A stretch of 64,000 nt of DNA from the human T2T-CHM13v2.0 reference genome, Homo sapiens, in assembly GCF_009914755.1 (NCBI RefSeq), contig NC_060925.1. One strand, 5' to 3'. Under the pieces are notes generated by a model, which saw nothing but the letters and a program-made list of their open reading frames with translations, was not told the DNA's origin and searched no databases. This document shows, piece by piece, positions 27,531-43,109 of the stretch. Numbering within the stretch: the stretch's first letter is position 1; the number at the start of each line of letters is the position of its first letter. The position numbers and the translations under genes were made by a program.

Positions 27531-28537
27531 ACATAATATTATCTCTCCTTCAGTTTTTTTCTTTTTGGTGGGGAGTGTCTTTTCAAAGAATTACAGCAAA
27601 TTTCTCTTTCATTTACTTAAAGCTCATTCCAAAGTAACTAGAATAATTTGTGTAATAAGATCATTTTTCCCAAAAGAATAATTATCCTCAAGATCCATTC
27701 CACAATGAGAAAAACAATGTAAGTTTTTAAGAGACCCACAGAAATGAAATGTCTCTTAAATTCCTAGGAGAGCTTTTCTTTGATTCGTATTTAAAGGCAT
27801 CTAGAGGCCTAAGTGAAGATTATCCACACTACATGGAAGACCAAGCTGTAACTGAAGAAATGCTGTCCCCTTCCAGGAGGCCTGCAGGGTCCCCAGCAGC
27901 TCATAGTCAAGTTCCCTGCAGCAGATGACCAACAGAGGCATCTGACATGGGGGTTAGTGCTGGCATCACCACTTTGGCAACTGGGAACACCTGTAATATT
28001 CTATTTTCTATACCAGGTTCTCAACACTGGCCCAGATAATCAAGAGTTAAATTTAGGAAAAAGCAAAGCATGCAGTGAACAGTGACATCAGGCATTTTAA
28101 CTATGGGCAATTTTAATCAAGGTACCAAGTTAGAAATAAGATAGAGGCCATAACCCTCTTTTCTGGTGAGCTATTTATCCCTTGTAATGAGTAGTGCTAA
28201 AACTAGCGGCTTAATTATCTTTGCTCTGACCTCTCTTTGATTTTATGAATCCAGAAATCATTCAGTGCAACTCACAGAAAGAACACCTGCTATGAACAAG
28301 AGACTGTTCTAAGTAAACCCTGGGAGACACAGAGTCTTTGGTCTAATGGAAGAGGTGGATGAATATGTGACCACATGGCTCTAGTATAGAAAGACTCTGA
28401 TTAGTATATGATAAATGGGGTAGAGCCAAAATAATCCATAAAGCGTATAGACCATATGTCAGAGAAGTATATGAAAATAGCAAGATAAGTTGGCTTTTTC
28501 AGATCATGGAGAGCTTTAAATGCCATCCCAAAGAGAA

Positions 28538-28675
28538 TCATTTGTTCTTTCATTTAACAAATATTTATTTTAACCATCCATTATATAGCGATTACTATTG
28601 TAGGCACTGAAGATGTAGCAGTGAACAAAACTGACCAAGTTTCTGCTCTTGTAAAGTGTATTTTCTAATGGGAAA
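28538..28675 (-). mobile_element. L2a 3' end
   Basis: 'tcatttaacaaatatttatt...taggcactgaagatgtagcagtgaacaaaac'. Confidence 0.75.
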
Positions 28676-28678
28676 ATT

Positions 28679-28950
28679 GTATATATATAATTAATTATAT
28701 ATTAATTGTAATTAATAATAATTATATGCAATTATATATACAAACAAATTATACAAATGTGTTAAATATTTATTACTTTATGTGTGTATATAAATATAGA
28801 TTCATTCATTATGCATGTGTATTAATTTCTGGTAGATAAATGTATATTCGTGTAAATTATATAAATATCCAAATTAAATATGTATATTTAATCTATATAA
28901 AATATAGATTATATTTGTATATTATATATAATTTTTAAATAAATTTATAC
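28679..28950. repeat. AT-rich low-complexity tract
   Basis: Degenerate TA-rich sequence. Confidence 0.8.
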
Positions 28951-29017
28951 ATAATGTTTCAGGTAACAGTACAATAAAGGAAAATAAAACTGGATAAAAG
29001 GACAGAGTTTTAGGCCT

Positions 29018-29485
<468 letters not shown>

Positions 29486-29654
29486 AAGACAGAGAATGAG
29501 GACATGCATTTAAACAGGCTGATCAGGGAAGGCCTCTGTAATTGAGCAGAGACTTAAATAGAGTGAAGGAATAGGCCATACAGATAGGTGGAAAGGCTAT
29601 ACAGTGAACAGCTAGCCCAACATGTGGCACTTAGTTATCATGAAAGAGTGAATG

Positions 29655-29810
29655 ATTAGTAGCACAAAGAATTGACAAGTGCTTGAGGTAATAGATACCC
29701 CATTTACCATGATGTGACTGTTATGTATTGTATGCCTGTATCAAAATATCTTATGTACCTGTAAGTATATGCACCTATTATGTACCAATAAAAATGAAAA
29801 AAATTAAAAA
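29655..29810 (+). mobile_element. L1MA-type 3' end
   Basis: 'gataccccatttaccatgatgtga..tatgcctgtatcaaaatatc..tatgtacc' plus A tail; TSD-like aagagtgaatga/aagaatggatga. Confidence 0.8.
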
Positions 29811-29844
29811 GAATGGATGAATGGATGCATCAGGATATGGAATA

Positions 29845-30375
29845 GTGTCAGAGAAGAAATTAACTGGGCACCTGCATTCAGGGTCACAAGCCCACCCCAG
29901 GTTTACTGATTGGCAAGAAGGACTCACAAGGACCCAGCATATATGGTCATACTCAGGGCTCAGATTTGTTACAGCAACAGGATACAAAGTAAAATCAGCA
30001 AAGGGAAGTCCAGAGGAAACCAGGTGCAAGTTTCCAGGAGCCCTCTTAATTGCTCCAGCGACAAGCTGGGACAACACCTGTGAAATGGTGTCTATCCAGG
30101 AAGCTCGTTAGAGGCTCAGTACTCAGGTCTTTACTGAAGCTGGTCACATAAGCGCCCTCTGCCTTGCATGAGGCATTCCAGACTCCTGAAAGGAAAGCAG
30201 GTGTTCAGCATAAACCATATTATTGAGGCAAATAGTTTAGGCATAGCTTGTCAGGGAATGGTGGGAACACCGCTGAGATCCAAGTTCACTGATGCCAGCC
30301 AAGAACCAAACTTGCAAGCAAGCCTTTTTAAGGAGGGCAGTCCCAGTCCTCCGCTGTGTTAACTCTTTTCTGCAC
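29845..30375 (-). mobile_element. MER21A/B LTR
   Basis: 'gaaggactcac..aaaatcagcaaaggg..gtccagaggaaaccaggtgcaag' ... 'gttaactcttttctgcac'. Confidence 0.8.
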
Positions 30376-30589
30376 CGTGCCATATACCAAGGGCCGGATC
30401 AAGGGCACTGGGGATGAGAATAGAAAGCAAAAAGATATACTTGAGAATTTTAACAACTGTTTATAGATATGAAAGGTGAAGAATATGAAACAGAATCTCT
30501 GGTTTTCAGAGATGTTTACAGGTTACCTCTTAGGAAGCCTTCCCTAAAACCCAAGTACAGCTTAGCTTTTCCCCATAGCACCCTCCACC

Positions 30590-30815
30590 CTCTTTCTTCC
30601 TTCTTCCCTCCCTTCCTTCCTTTATTTTCTTCTCTTCCCTTCCCTTCTCCTTCCTCCCTTCCTCTCTTTCTCTTTCTTTTTCTGTCTTTCTTTCTCTCTC
30701 TTTCTCTCTTCTTTATTTTTCTTTCTCCTTTCTCTCTTTCTTTTTCCTTCCTTCCCTCTTTGTTTTTTCTTTTCTTTATCCTTCCTTCCTTCTTTCTTTC
30801 TATTTCTTTTTTTTC
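30590..30815. repeat. CT-rich polypyrimidine tract (expanded FLAM tail)
   Basis: Mixed TTCC/TTTC units. Confidence 0.9.
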
Positions 30816-30933
30816 CTAGAGACAGGGTCTCACTATGTTGCCTGGGCTGGCTGTGAACTTCTGGGCTCAAGTTATTCTTCCACCCCAGCCTCTCAAGTAG
30901 CTGGGATTACAAGCATGTACCACAGCACCCAGC
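30816..30933 (-). mobile_element. FLAM_C / Alu left monomer
   Basis: 'agagacagggtctcactatgttg...gcacccagc'. Confidence 0.85.
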
Positions 30934-32984
30934 TCCCTTTATCTTTCTTAATGGTGCATATTACAGTTGTAATTCACTAAACAGATATTCCCACAAATAG
31001 TTGAGTCTGGTCTCCCCAGCTAGACTATAAACTTCATAAAGTTTTTCTCAGCACATAGGCAACTTTCTTACACAAAATAACTACTCAACAAACATATAGT
31101 GAATGAATTAATGAACGCATGAGAGTATCAGGTAGAGGCTTGAGGCAAGAACCCGATTTGAGTCTGAGGTTCAGGCCAGGTGCCTATGTGCAGATGCAGG
31201 CCAGCCTGTTGACCTGCAGCAGGTGTGTGCACAGCTTAGGCTCGAACAGAGCCCAGAGTGGATCTCAGAGATCAGTCTTCCAGTGCTTTAGTTGTCATGA
31301 CCCTCACCACAGGGGCCACCGCTTTGGTAGTTGATTAAAATAATGCATGTATCTCTAAGGGTTCCTTTTGTGAACCTTCTTCAGCATTCATTCTGCAAAT
31401 ATTTATTGGGGCCCTACTGGATTCCCGGTTTGGTACTGCCTTTTGGAGTTGATGAAATGAATTAGTAGACATGGCTCCAGCTTTAGGGACTGGAAGCACC
31501 ATGAGTGAACTGGACAAGGTAACCAATCCAAATAACACAGGGCCATGTAACAGATGCATGCACACGTACCTGTCACAAAATTGGTGCTCAAGACATAGTC
31601 AATGAATGCTTTTGAATGAAGGTGTAACCTTGGGTAAAGCAGATGTTTTATAGGTTGGTGAGGAAAAGAAGCCTGCAAAGGAGGTTGAGAAAGAGCAGTC
31701 AGAGAGGTGGCAGAAAAACCAGGTGGCAGGAGGGCAATTCAGAGATCAACAGTGGGCAAGCCTGAGAGGCAAAGTGGTCAGGAATGTCAGGTGCTTTTGT
31801 GAGGCATGAGAGATAAGCATCAAAGAGCAATCATTGACTTAGCAATCCCCAGAGCATCAGTGATCATGGGAAGAGCACATAGAGCTTGTGTTGGGGGCAG
31901 AAGCCAGTCTGTGGGGGTTGAGGAAGGAATGGGAAGTAAAGGACTTAAAGAGAGCTCATGGAACGCCTCCTCAAGAACCTTGGCTTTGAATGAAATGAAA
32001 GAGAGAGAGACACAGCTTGAGGATTTGTCAGGTAAAGGTGGAAGGAGTCAATCCTGAGTAAGAGGCATCTTCGTGTCGTTAGTTACATGCTCAGGGAAGA
32101 CTTGTGGAGAGGAGAACCGAAGATGGAGCTGAAAGTATGCGTTGGAAAGAGACATCAAAGAAAGCAGGAGCACATGTCGCAGCAAGTAGCTGCGAATTAG
32201 CAGGAGAGACAGGGTCTCCACTGAAGACAGCAGCAGGAGCTGGTGGGCATGAATTTAAGTATTTAGGTGGAAGGAAAGAGAAATGGTCCCCATCTGACTG
32301 GCGAGGAAAAAGAAGGCTGGATGCGAGAGGGGTTGAAAAGGTTAGATTTGGGTTGGGGTGAGTGGGGCAGAGGGTGGTGATGGTCATTGTTTCTTTCAGT
32401 GTAAAGAATGGAAGAGAGAGAGTTAATAAGAAAGTTGCCAACAATATGGCAAGCACTTTGAAAAAAGGAGTTGAAGCATTTGCTGCTTAGATATTCTTCA
32501 CAGTAAGCAGGAGTAATACCATGTCTGTGTACTTTGGAGTCAGACCTGAAGTTCAGTTTCAACATCTATCTTAAAAACAACTTTAGGTTACACTATATAA
32601 CATTGCCACTTTTGTAGGTTAAAATAAATTGCATATTGTCAATTTTGTATGGCTGTATCTCTATAATACTTATCTCAGAAGTTGTGGTGAGGATTAAATA
32701 AGACAATACACCTGAAACTACATTACTTTCCCTTTCAATGGATCTTCAGTTAATACTGGGGCTTCTCGGTTTCCACCAGCCCATTCTGGCAGAGGAGGAG
32801 GAGGGTCAATGGTTCTCAGATACCTTCCAGCAAAGAAGGGGTAAATATATGCACACTCAAGACCAGCTTTTCCTCTTCCTCACTGAGAAGGACCAAGAGA
32901 AGAGGTGCTGAGGGCACAGTTTCAATTTATGTGGATTTGGCAGGGAGAGTTTATACCAAAACACACAGAATCAAGAAGTGAACT

Positions 32985-33276
32985 TGTTTTTGTTTTACAG
33001 ACAGAGTCTTGCTCTGTCATCCAGGCTGGAGTGCAGTCATAGCTCACGGCAGCCTCGACCTCCTGTGCACAAATGATCCTCCCACCTCAGCCTTCCAAGT
33101 AGCTGTGATTATAGGTGTGCGCCACCATGCTTAGCTAATTTTTTATTTTTACTTTTATAGAGATGGGTGTCACTATGCTGCACAGGCTGGTCTTGAACTC
33201 CTGGCATCAAGTGATTCTTCCTCCTCAGCCTCCCAAAGTGTTGGAATTATACAGGCGAGAGCCACTGCCCCTGGCC
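32985..33276 (-). mobile_element. AluJ
   Basis: Reverse Alu with J diagnostics. Confidence 0.92.
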
Positions 33277-34091
33277 TTGTTGCTTTGGAAGAAAGAATAT
33301 AGCCATTGTTTAAGAGCCTTGACTCAAGCCAAACAGATCCTACTCTTCTCCGTCTTCATCTCAGTTTTGTCATCTTTCTGGTGTGATGCTACTTGTTTCT
33401 TGAGGCTGTTGTGAGGATTAAAGAGTTTTGCAAAGCATTTTTGGTAGTGACTATTTGTACAGTAAGCACTTATATACAGTACCTCTTGACTGTGGCTACT
33501 GTTGACTTTTGTTTAGGCAAAGTGGCACTGAGGTCAGACAGACTGAGGAAGACAACCTCTTTATGTCCTTCTAACAACCCTATATGATTCCCAAAGTGGC
33601 CATTTCTTCTAAGGTGGGTAAAAGTTGGTGGTCACAAGACTAAACTCTATTACTTTATTATTAGATGTAGTTGCATGTAGTTGTTCCTTTCTTGAGACAT
33701 TAGGAAAAAATGTTTAAGAAATGTAGTATGTTATCACTGATATCTCTTCCAGGACATGGTGGGATAGGTGTAGAAGGCTCAAATGGACAACGCAAATTGT
33801 AGCTCCACTTCTTCCTGAAATAATACTGTAGATCCCAAAAAGATAGACACATTATACTTTTTAAAAATCCTCTAAGTAAAGGCACTCTACAATAGTCTAC
33901 GAAAATGTAATATGGGACACACTTATAGTTTTTATATCGTCCTTTTACATAAAATTGTTCCTTTCCCATGCGTAAAAAAGAATACAGTCGTCCCCACTTA
34001 TCCTTGGTTTCACTTTCCATGGTCAAGTTGCCCGTGGTCAAGTGCGGTCAGACAATATGACATCACTAGTCTTGTAAAATAAGGGTGACTT

Positions 34092-34637
<546 letters not shown>

Positions 34638-35974
34638 CTATCTGATAGCAGATCTGGCTACTAAGTGACTAATGGGCAGGTAGTGTATACAACATGGATA
34701 TGCCGGACAAAGGGGTGATTCACATCCTGGGCAGGATGGCAGAGATCCTCTCGCACTACTCAGAACAGAGCACAATTTTAAACCTATGAGCCGTTTCTGG
34801 AATTTTTCCATTTACGTCACAATGCCTATGTTATTTATCTCATCTCATTTCATCTCATCACGTAGGCATTTAATCATCTCGCATCATCACATGGAAGAAG
34901 GGTGAGTACAGTACAATTAGATATTTTGAGAGAGAGAATATATTCACATAAATTTTATTATAGGATATTATTATATTTGTTCTATTTTACTATTAGTTCT
35001 TGTTAATCTCTCTCTGTGCCTAGTGAATAAATTAAACTTTATTATAGGTAAGTATGTATGTGGGAAAAAAACATAGTAGTTGCAGGATTCGGTACTGGCC
35101 AGTTTCACCCATCCAGTGGGGGGTCTTGGAACATATCCCCATAGATAAGGGTGTCTACTGTAGTGGAATGATATCCTCTGATCTGCTTCTCCCCATTCTT
35201 TCTAGACGCTTAGGCTTCGGTAAATCACACAAAAGTTCAGAAACGGCAGACGAACACTCAGGGGGATGCTCATAATAAAAATTCGGCAATGGAAACTATG
35301 CGATGTATTGTCTTACTCACCCCTCCTTTGTATATCTCGAAGTCAGGTTCAAGGCAAGCTACGGAACCTCCTTGCTCATTTAAAAAATAAAAAGAGGCTG
35401 ACCCTGTTTATCTCACAGGCCTACCCTGGTAAATTTTGCCCAAATGAAATTCAATTTAAGCCTCAAGTTGCCAAGGAGTCACCATTCCCCTGGGTTGGCA
35501 AAAGGGTTTACTTATAGAATCCTTGATGTGTATGCTTGAAAATTTCAAAGAGAGAAGAATGACAAGGGTCATGGCAGCTGTTAATTGGACTAGATTACAT
35601 TTATCATTAGGCATTTTCCACAGGGTATCAATCTAATTATGGAGCGACCATGTAGTGGAACAAAGATCATTTTTCAAAGCAGTCACTGAGGATGGGCCCT
35701 GCAGAATGACAGTCAGCCTCTTCTTGTTTGACATGCAGATGGTGTCCTCCCTGGCATTTTTATTGGGTAATATATTACCATAAGAAGGTCTATGATAAGT
35801 GAAAAAGTAAAACTTGGGATAATTAGGGAGTTTTATAAGCTAATGAGTCATGTCCTTTCAATAGCTTCTTGGAATGTTCAGTATGGCTCCAGCTCTACAT
35901 GGTGCATGTGGAGACCCGGGCCCTAGACCCTGCCCCTCACAGGTCCTGCATGGTGAACAACTCCCCTTTCTCCC

Positions 35975-36195
35975 CCTTTTTTAAAACTTTACTAAGGGTT
36001 AATTGGTATACAAAAAGTTTCACATATTTCGTACATACTTCTTGATGAGTTTGGATATATACATACACCTGTATGTAGACATCACCACAATCAAGGTACT
36101 AAACATGTCCACCACCTCCAAAAATTTCCTTGTGTTCTTTTGCGCATTTTGTTTTGTGCTAAGAACACTTAGTCTGATATCTATCCTCCTAACGG
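35975..36195 (-). mobile_element. L1M 3' end fragment
   Basis: 'atcaccacaatcaaggtactaaacatgtccaccacctccaaaaatttcct'. Confidence 0.7.
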
Positions 36196-36269
36196 TGGCT
36201 TTACATTGCCTTTTCAGAGAAATTCCAAGCTACTTCACAAAGGCCTCCTGGTCTACTCAGCCCACCATG

Positions 36270-36668
36270 TTAGCTTATCTTTGGAGAACTCGCTTCAGCT
36301 CACATCAGAGTTCTGCCCATCGGACCACTTGCTAAGTCCTCTCTACCTCCCACACCTTTGCCCATGTTAAACCTTTTGCCTAAAATACTCCTCTGGCTCC
36401 TTCTGTATGCCCTTAGCCCTAACTCTTTTGCTTAGATAACACCTACTCATCCTAGGATCTTTTCCTCAAGGCAGCCAGCCCTCCTCACTCATGCCATCCA
36501 CTGAGAGCACCCAAAGTGCCTTACTGACATATCACTTATTTCACTGTATTGTAATTATCCTTTGTCCCCCATTAGATGCAGCGAAGCGTGCATCTCTCTT
36601 CTTCACCACTGTCTCCCCCTCTGCCTGGTAGATGGTAGCCCCTTGGTAAATATTTATTAAATGAAAGA
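36270..36668 (+). mobile_element. L2 3' fragment
   Basis: Ends 'ggtaaatatttattaaatgaa'. Confidence 0.55.
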
Positions 36669-37504
36669 AGGAAGATCATCGAAAGACTAAGCTCATGCTA
36701 CTAGAAGGCAGAGTAAAGAGAGGATTACAACCTAGGACATGGTTCTGAGTGCGTGCAAGGGGCGTAGGAGGACATCAACATGACATCGCACTTAACACTT
36801 CTGTTCTTGCAGAATTCATTTAAAGTAGGAACTGTTTGCAGGGAGAATAATAAATAAAGCTTACGAAAAAAAAGATGTTTAGACCATGGAACTAATCAGT
36901 GGACTCTTGGACTCTTTGCACTAAAGGTTGGCTTCCCCAGGCTCTGGTGAGATGCTGTTCATGAACAAGAAAGGAGCTCATGCCCACGGCCCTGAGCAGC
37001 CTGGGAGACTAGGAATAGAGCCGTTTTGTCCACTGCGGTGGAGAGGGCTGCTGCAGTGAATGACTGAGACCTCTGGAAAGGGTTTCGGGGTGCAGAGCAG
37101 CCTGTTGGAATTAGACGTTATGCTTGCTCAAAAAAAGGAGTTTCATTTTCATTAAATGGAAATATTTACTGCCCAGGGGCATTTGGTGAAAAACAGTTTG
37201 GTATTGGGAAGTGGGGTCAGGCTCTGTGCCTTTGATAAAACTCATGCCAGCCTCAAAAAAAAAACGCATGATGTGTCGCTATATGGGGGGACCCTATGGT
37301 TGGAGGTCTTACAAATCCAATGGGGCCAGTGTATTAAATATGGCCCTTTTCCCATAGAGTTGGTCATCATGATGTTTACCATGTTTCAGATTCAAGGTAT
37401 CTGATCTCACCAGGGTCACATGGCCAAATATGTAACTCTCATTAAAAGATTGAGTTATATAGTCAGTATGGGGAAATCTCTATTCACTCTGGTGAACTGT
37501 GACA

Positions 37505-38503
<999 letters not shown>

Positions 38504-39254
38504 GGAGGGATCTCTTGTTTACAGGGGTCACAGGGTAACTTGAGCAGTGCCCCTAGGGATATAGGAATGGCTTAGCAGCTCAGTCTAAGGTAGCCAAGAG
38601 AGCACAAGAAAGAAGGTGTCCCACTGCCTGCCACTGCGCAGTGAAGGATGAATGCTGGTACTCCAGGGAAAGAGATTCTGAAAAGTGAGACGGGGTGTAG
38701 CAGGGGAGATGGCACCACGCAGTGTGAAGCACATGCCCATTCTTGAATGAAGCTATAAGCTTCCTGTGTACTAAATACCTCTCCCAGTGCTTCTCAGTTC
38801 TAACACCCTGCACAGGAAACACAGAGATGCTCCATAGTTGCCTGTTGAGTGTCGGTGCTCTTGGGATGTGCAGGGCTGACTGCAGGGTGTCCTCAGTTTC
38901 CAAGGGCAGGTGCAGGATGCAGTTGTAAATGCAAGGGGGTTAGGGAACATCTCTAAAGCCACTAATAAACACACAACTCCTTCGAAGAAAAGGTCCTTCA
39001 TGACTTCTCATGATGGAATGGTGGTTCCATTTGGTAATTCTTTGCAGCATATTATTTCTACCTCTCACTGATGGCTTTCATCATTGAATCCTCCAGCCAT
39101 GTGTGTCTTTGCTGTTTGTTTTTAGGTGAGTATTTATGGTCTATGGGTTGTTCAGACATATATTTTTATTTAGAAGCGAAATTAGCATCTGCTAGGCAAC
39201 TATTTTAAATCTTGTAATTCTTGTAGCAGTTAAACAGATTTTTTTTCTTTCATG

Positions 39255-39545
39255 AGTTTCTGATTCACTTAATAAATATCTACTAAGATACTTTGCTAGA
39301 CTGTGGGGATACAGAGATGAATAAATCAGGGCCCCCTTTCTCATGGACTTAGAGTCTAATGGATGAGACTCGTGTGAAAACAAATAAATATTGTGCGGGG
39401 TGATAAGTATAAGGATAGAGGGGTGTCCAATAGACAGTATGATGAAGTTGCACAGAGAACAGAGATGGTCAGCCAAGAGGACAAGGAATACGTGGTGTGG
39501 GAGCAGGGAGAGGAGTGTGCCAGCTGTAGGAAATAGCATGTGTAG
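39255..39545 (-). mobile_element. L2 fragment
   Basis: 'attcacttaataaatatctactaag..ctgtggggatacagagatgaataa'. Confidence 0.6.
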
Positions 39546-40108
39546 TGCTGTGTCATTCTCTTGATAATAATCATCTTCTCCGCAGCACTGATCTTTCTGT
39601 GTGATATTCACTGTGTTCTTTTTGAACAATTGTAGTATCCTCCAGGTTAACAAAGGAAATATTAAACAGCGCAAGGCTCAGGACTAACTTTCATCACAGC
39701 AGCCCTGAGGGTTTTCACTGTATCCTGAGGAAATTCCTTGGAACCTCAGGGTGATACCAGTTTTGAAGTTTTTACCGCACTGTCCCGCTGTGAGTGGTAC
39801 TGCATTATAATAGACTCTTCTAGTACTTTCAGGAACAAAATCCACTTTGGATGTCATCCTAGTCTCATATTGAAGTGAGTTTTGACCTAACTGGATCATG
39901 CTATTGGGGGAAGCTCTGGAGTATTTTGAATTTAACTAGTCATCCAACACAGTCTTCAGATCTTTAGTATATCTGCTTCTTTTTTTCTGCTTGATCAGTT
40001 TCTGAAAAAGCTATTTTAATATCCATCTTCAGTTAGGAATCTTTTTTCTCCCTGTGGTTCAGTCTATTGCTTCTCTTCATTTTCTGAGGCTGAGTTGTTA
40101 GAGACATG

Positions 40109-40426
40109 CAGTCAGTACTCCATATCCATGAGCCGTGGACTCCAACAACCACGGATCAAAAATATTCGGGAAAAAAATGATGGTTGTCTCTATATTGAAC
40201 CTGTATAGACTTTTTTTTCTTGTCATTATTCCCTAAACAATACAGTACAACATTTACACTGTATTAGGTATTATAAGTAATCTAGAGATTATTTACAGTA
40301 TACAGAAGATATGCATGGGTTATATGCAAATACTACACCATTTTATACCGGGGCTAGAGCATCTGTGATTTTGGTATCCTCAGTGGGTCCTGGAACCAAT
40401 CCCCCAGGGATACCATGGGACAAGTG
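40109..40426 (-). mobile_element. MER2 (TcMar-Tigger MITE)
   Basis: 'caaccacggatcaaaaatattcgg..taggtattataagtaatctagagat..ggtcctggaaccaatccccc'. Confidence 0.85.
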
Positions 40427-41045
40427 TATATGTTTATGACGATCATATCATCTTTCTCTTTTTTCCTTTATTATGTATACTGTCCTTTCTTTGTATTTAT
40501 GATCATTGTATCTTGTCACCTATTAAGATTATACCCCAGCTTTCTAACTGTATTTGCATGCGGAATCTTTTTCAACTTTTAACTTTCAACCTTTTTACAT
40601 CATTTTTGTTTTAATTGAACCTCTTTATAAACAACATGTAGGTGGATCTTTTTTTCTTCTTTTTAATCTGGTAATTTCTAGAGGTTTAAAATTTAATCAT
40701 TTTAATTACTGGTGGCAACTGTAATTTTATAACTGGTTTCTGCAATTTTGTTTTCTATTTTTCATTTAATGTATTTTTTGTCTCTCCTGAATTCCACTGC
40801 ATAAATTTTCTTCATGTTCTTCTGATGGAATAATATAACTATCACTAAACTTAGAATCTCCATTCATTCTTTAAACTTATCAATATCTGTCTCTCTCACC
40901 TCACAAGACAAATATTTTAGCATGTTCTGACATCCCTTCAGTCTCTCCTATCCAGCTTCATTTCCATGATATTACTATTGCCTAATTTTTAGTTTTTAAT
41001 TTTTATGGATACACTTTCTTTTCTTTGAGCCTAGCCATTTTTTAA

Positions 41046-41408
<363 letters not shown>

Positions 41409-42365
41409 TCATCTTTCTTTCCATATGTCTTTCAGTATCAATATGATTTTTCTGCTCTTTTTAATGAAGACTTTTTTCTATGTGTTTTGGTGTCTTAGTG
41501 TGAAAAAACTGAGATCTTGTGGATGAGAGGTTTGCTTCAGATTCAGATGACAGTTTAGCTGAGTATAAAATTATAGGTTCAAAGATATTGGAAAATCTTA
41601 TTTCACTGTCTTTTTTTACACCCAGTGCTGCTACTGTGACTCCTGATATCATTTCATTCTAGTTCCTTGGTGAGTAATCTGCTTTCTTTCTGAAGAGACT
41701 TTAGAATTTTCACTTTGTCTTTAATGTTGGTAAGTTTTACTGTATTAAAGGATGGACTTACCTTATCTCTCCTATTTGACACCCTTTAATTCTGGGAAAT
41801 TACATAGTTTGCCCTTTCTATTTTCTTTTTTTTTTTTTTTTGTCCTGTTGGAAATCATAGTGTAAAATATTGGTAATTCTTCTCTCCCTCACATCTCTTA
41901 GCTTTCTTTTATATTTTCTGCATCCAACTTGCTGTTTATCCAATTTACTGTGTTTTTTGTTTCACCTGTTATTGTATCATATGTAATATTTGTACATAAT
42001 TCTTTATGTTTCATATTATTGCTTCATATTTATCTTTTTAAGTAGAGTTATACTTATTTTAAATCTTTTTGTGCTTCTGTTGTAATATCTCTGCTTTGGA
42101 TGGTTCTGTTTTTTGTCTTTCATTTATAGCATGTGTACTCCTCAGTTATGAAGTTATTTTGACCTGTAAGCTCATGTTTCTTTGGGAGAATCGGTTACTC
42201 TGGTAATTTTTTGGATAAAGGGCCAAAAGTCAGCTTAGTACCGGAGAATTTCAGGATCAGGTTGAGGAATAAACTCTGAGGGCAGCCAGGAGCCTGTGCA
42301 TCAGAAGACCCACTTTTGGTCCCTACCACTCTCCTGCTCAGGTTTTTACTTTCAGACCCTTAGAG

Positions 42366-42552
42366 GCGTGGTTTTCAAGCTTCATTGTGAATCTGAATGA
42401 CCGGAGAGCTTATTACAGTACAGAGTGCTGGGTTCCACCCCCAGAGTCTCTTGAGTGGCTTGTTCAGGATGGACCTGGTGATTGGCATCTCTAACAAGTC
42501 CACCGGTGATGCAGATGCTGTTGGTCTTGGGACCACATTTTGAGAAATGCTG
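42366..42552. mobile_element. MER5A MITE
   Basis: 'gcatctctaacaagt..ggtgatgcagatgctg..gggaccacattttgagaa'; 8-bp TSD ccttagag/ccttaggg. Confidence 0.85.
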
Positions 42553-43109
42553 CCTTAGGGAGGGCCACAGTGGGAGGAGTCAGGTTCCCTGAACTGTAAC
42601 TCACTGATTATAACGGCAAGAAGGGGAGAGAAAGAGAGAGTGATTGTCCAAGGAGGGGCTGATCAGCACTCACTGGTCTTCAAAGATTCACCCCGGCAAG
42701 GTTTGGCACTGCCAAGTTATCCCTTCCTGTACACACCTGGGGCTGGGCTCTTCCTGCAGACCTCCAGGTGGAAGATATCTGCCTAAGACATGAAGCGAAA
42801 AGGCAAGAGCAGGGAGAGCTTTCCTCTGACCTCCTTCACTTTGTCTACAGCTGTCTTCTTGATGCTTATCCACACGCACTCAAGATGGACTTCAGACTTT
42901 TCAGCCATTTCTCACTGCTTTGTTTTCATTTTCATTTTTTCACTTCTTTACCTTTATTCTTCCAGAGCTGTTTTGCAGGGAAAGAGCAACAGTCTATGCT
43001 AGCTCACTAGCTTGAACTCTGAAGCTGTCATTATGAAACCCTGTTCAACAGTTTCCTCTTGATGTTAAACTAGAGACAGAAAATCTATACCTCAAAAGGA
43101 CAGGAGGAG

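Noticed and set aside
39192-39674. 160-aa minus-strand ORF
   Set aside because: Overlaps an L2 relic, has a non-ATG start and shows no domain.
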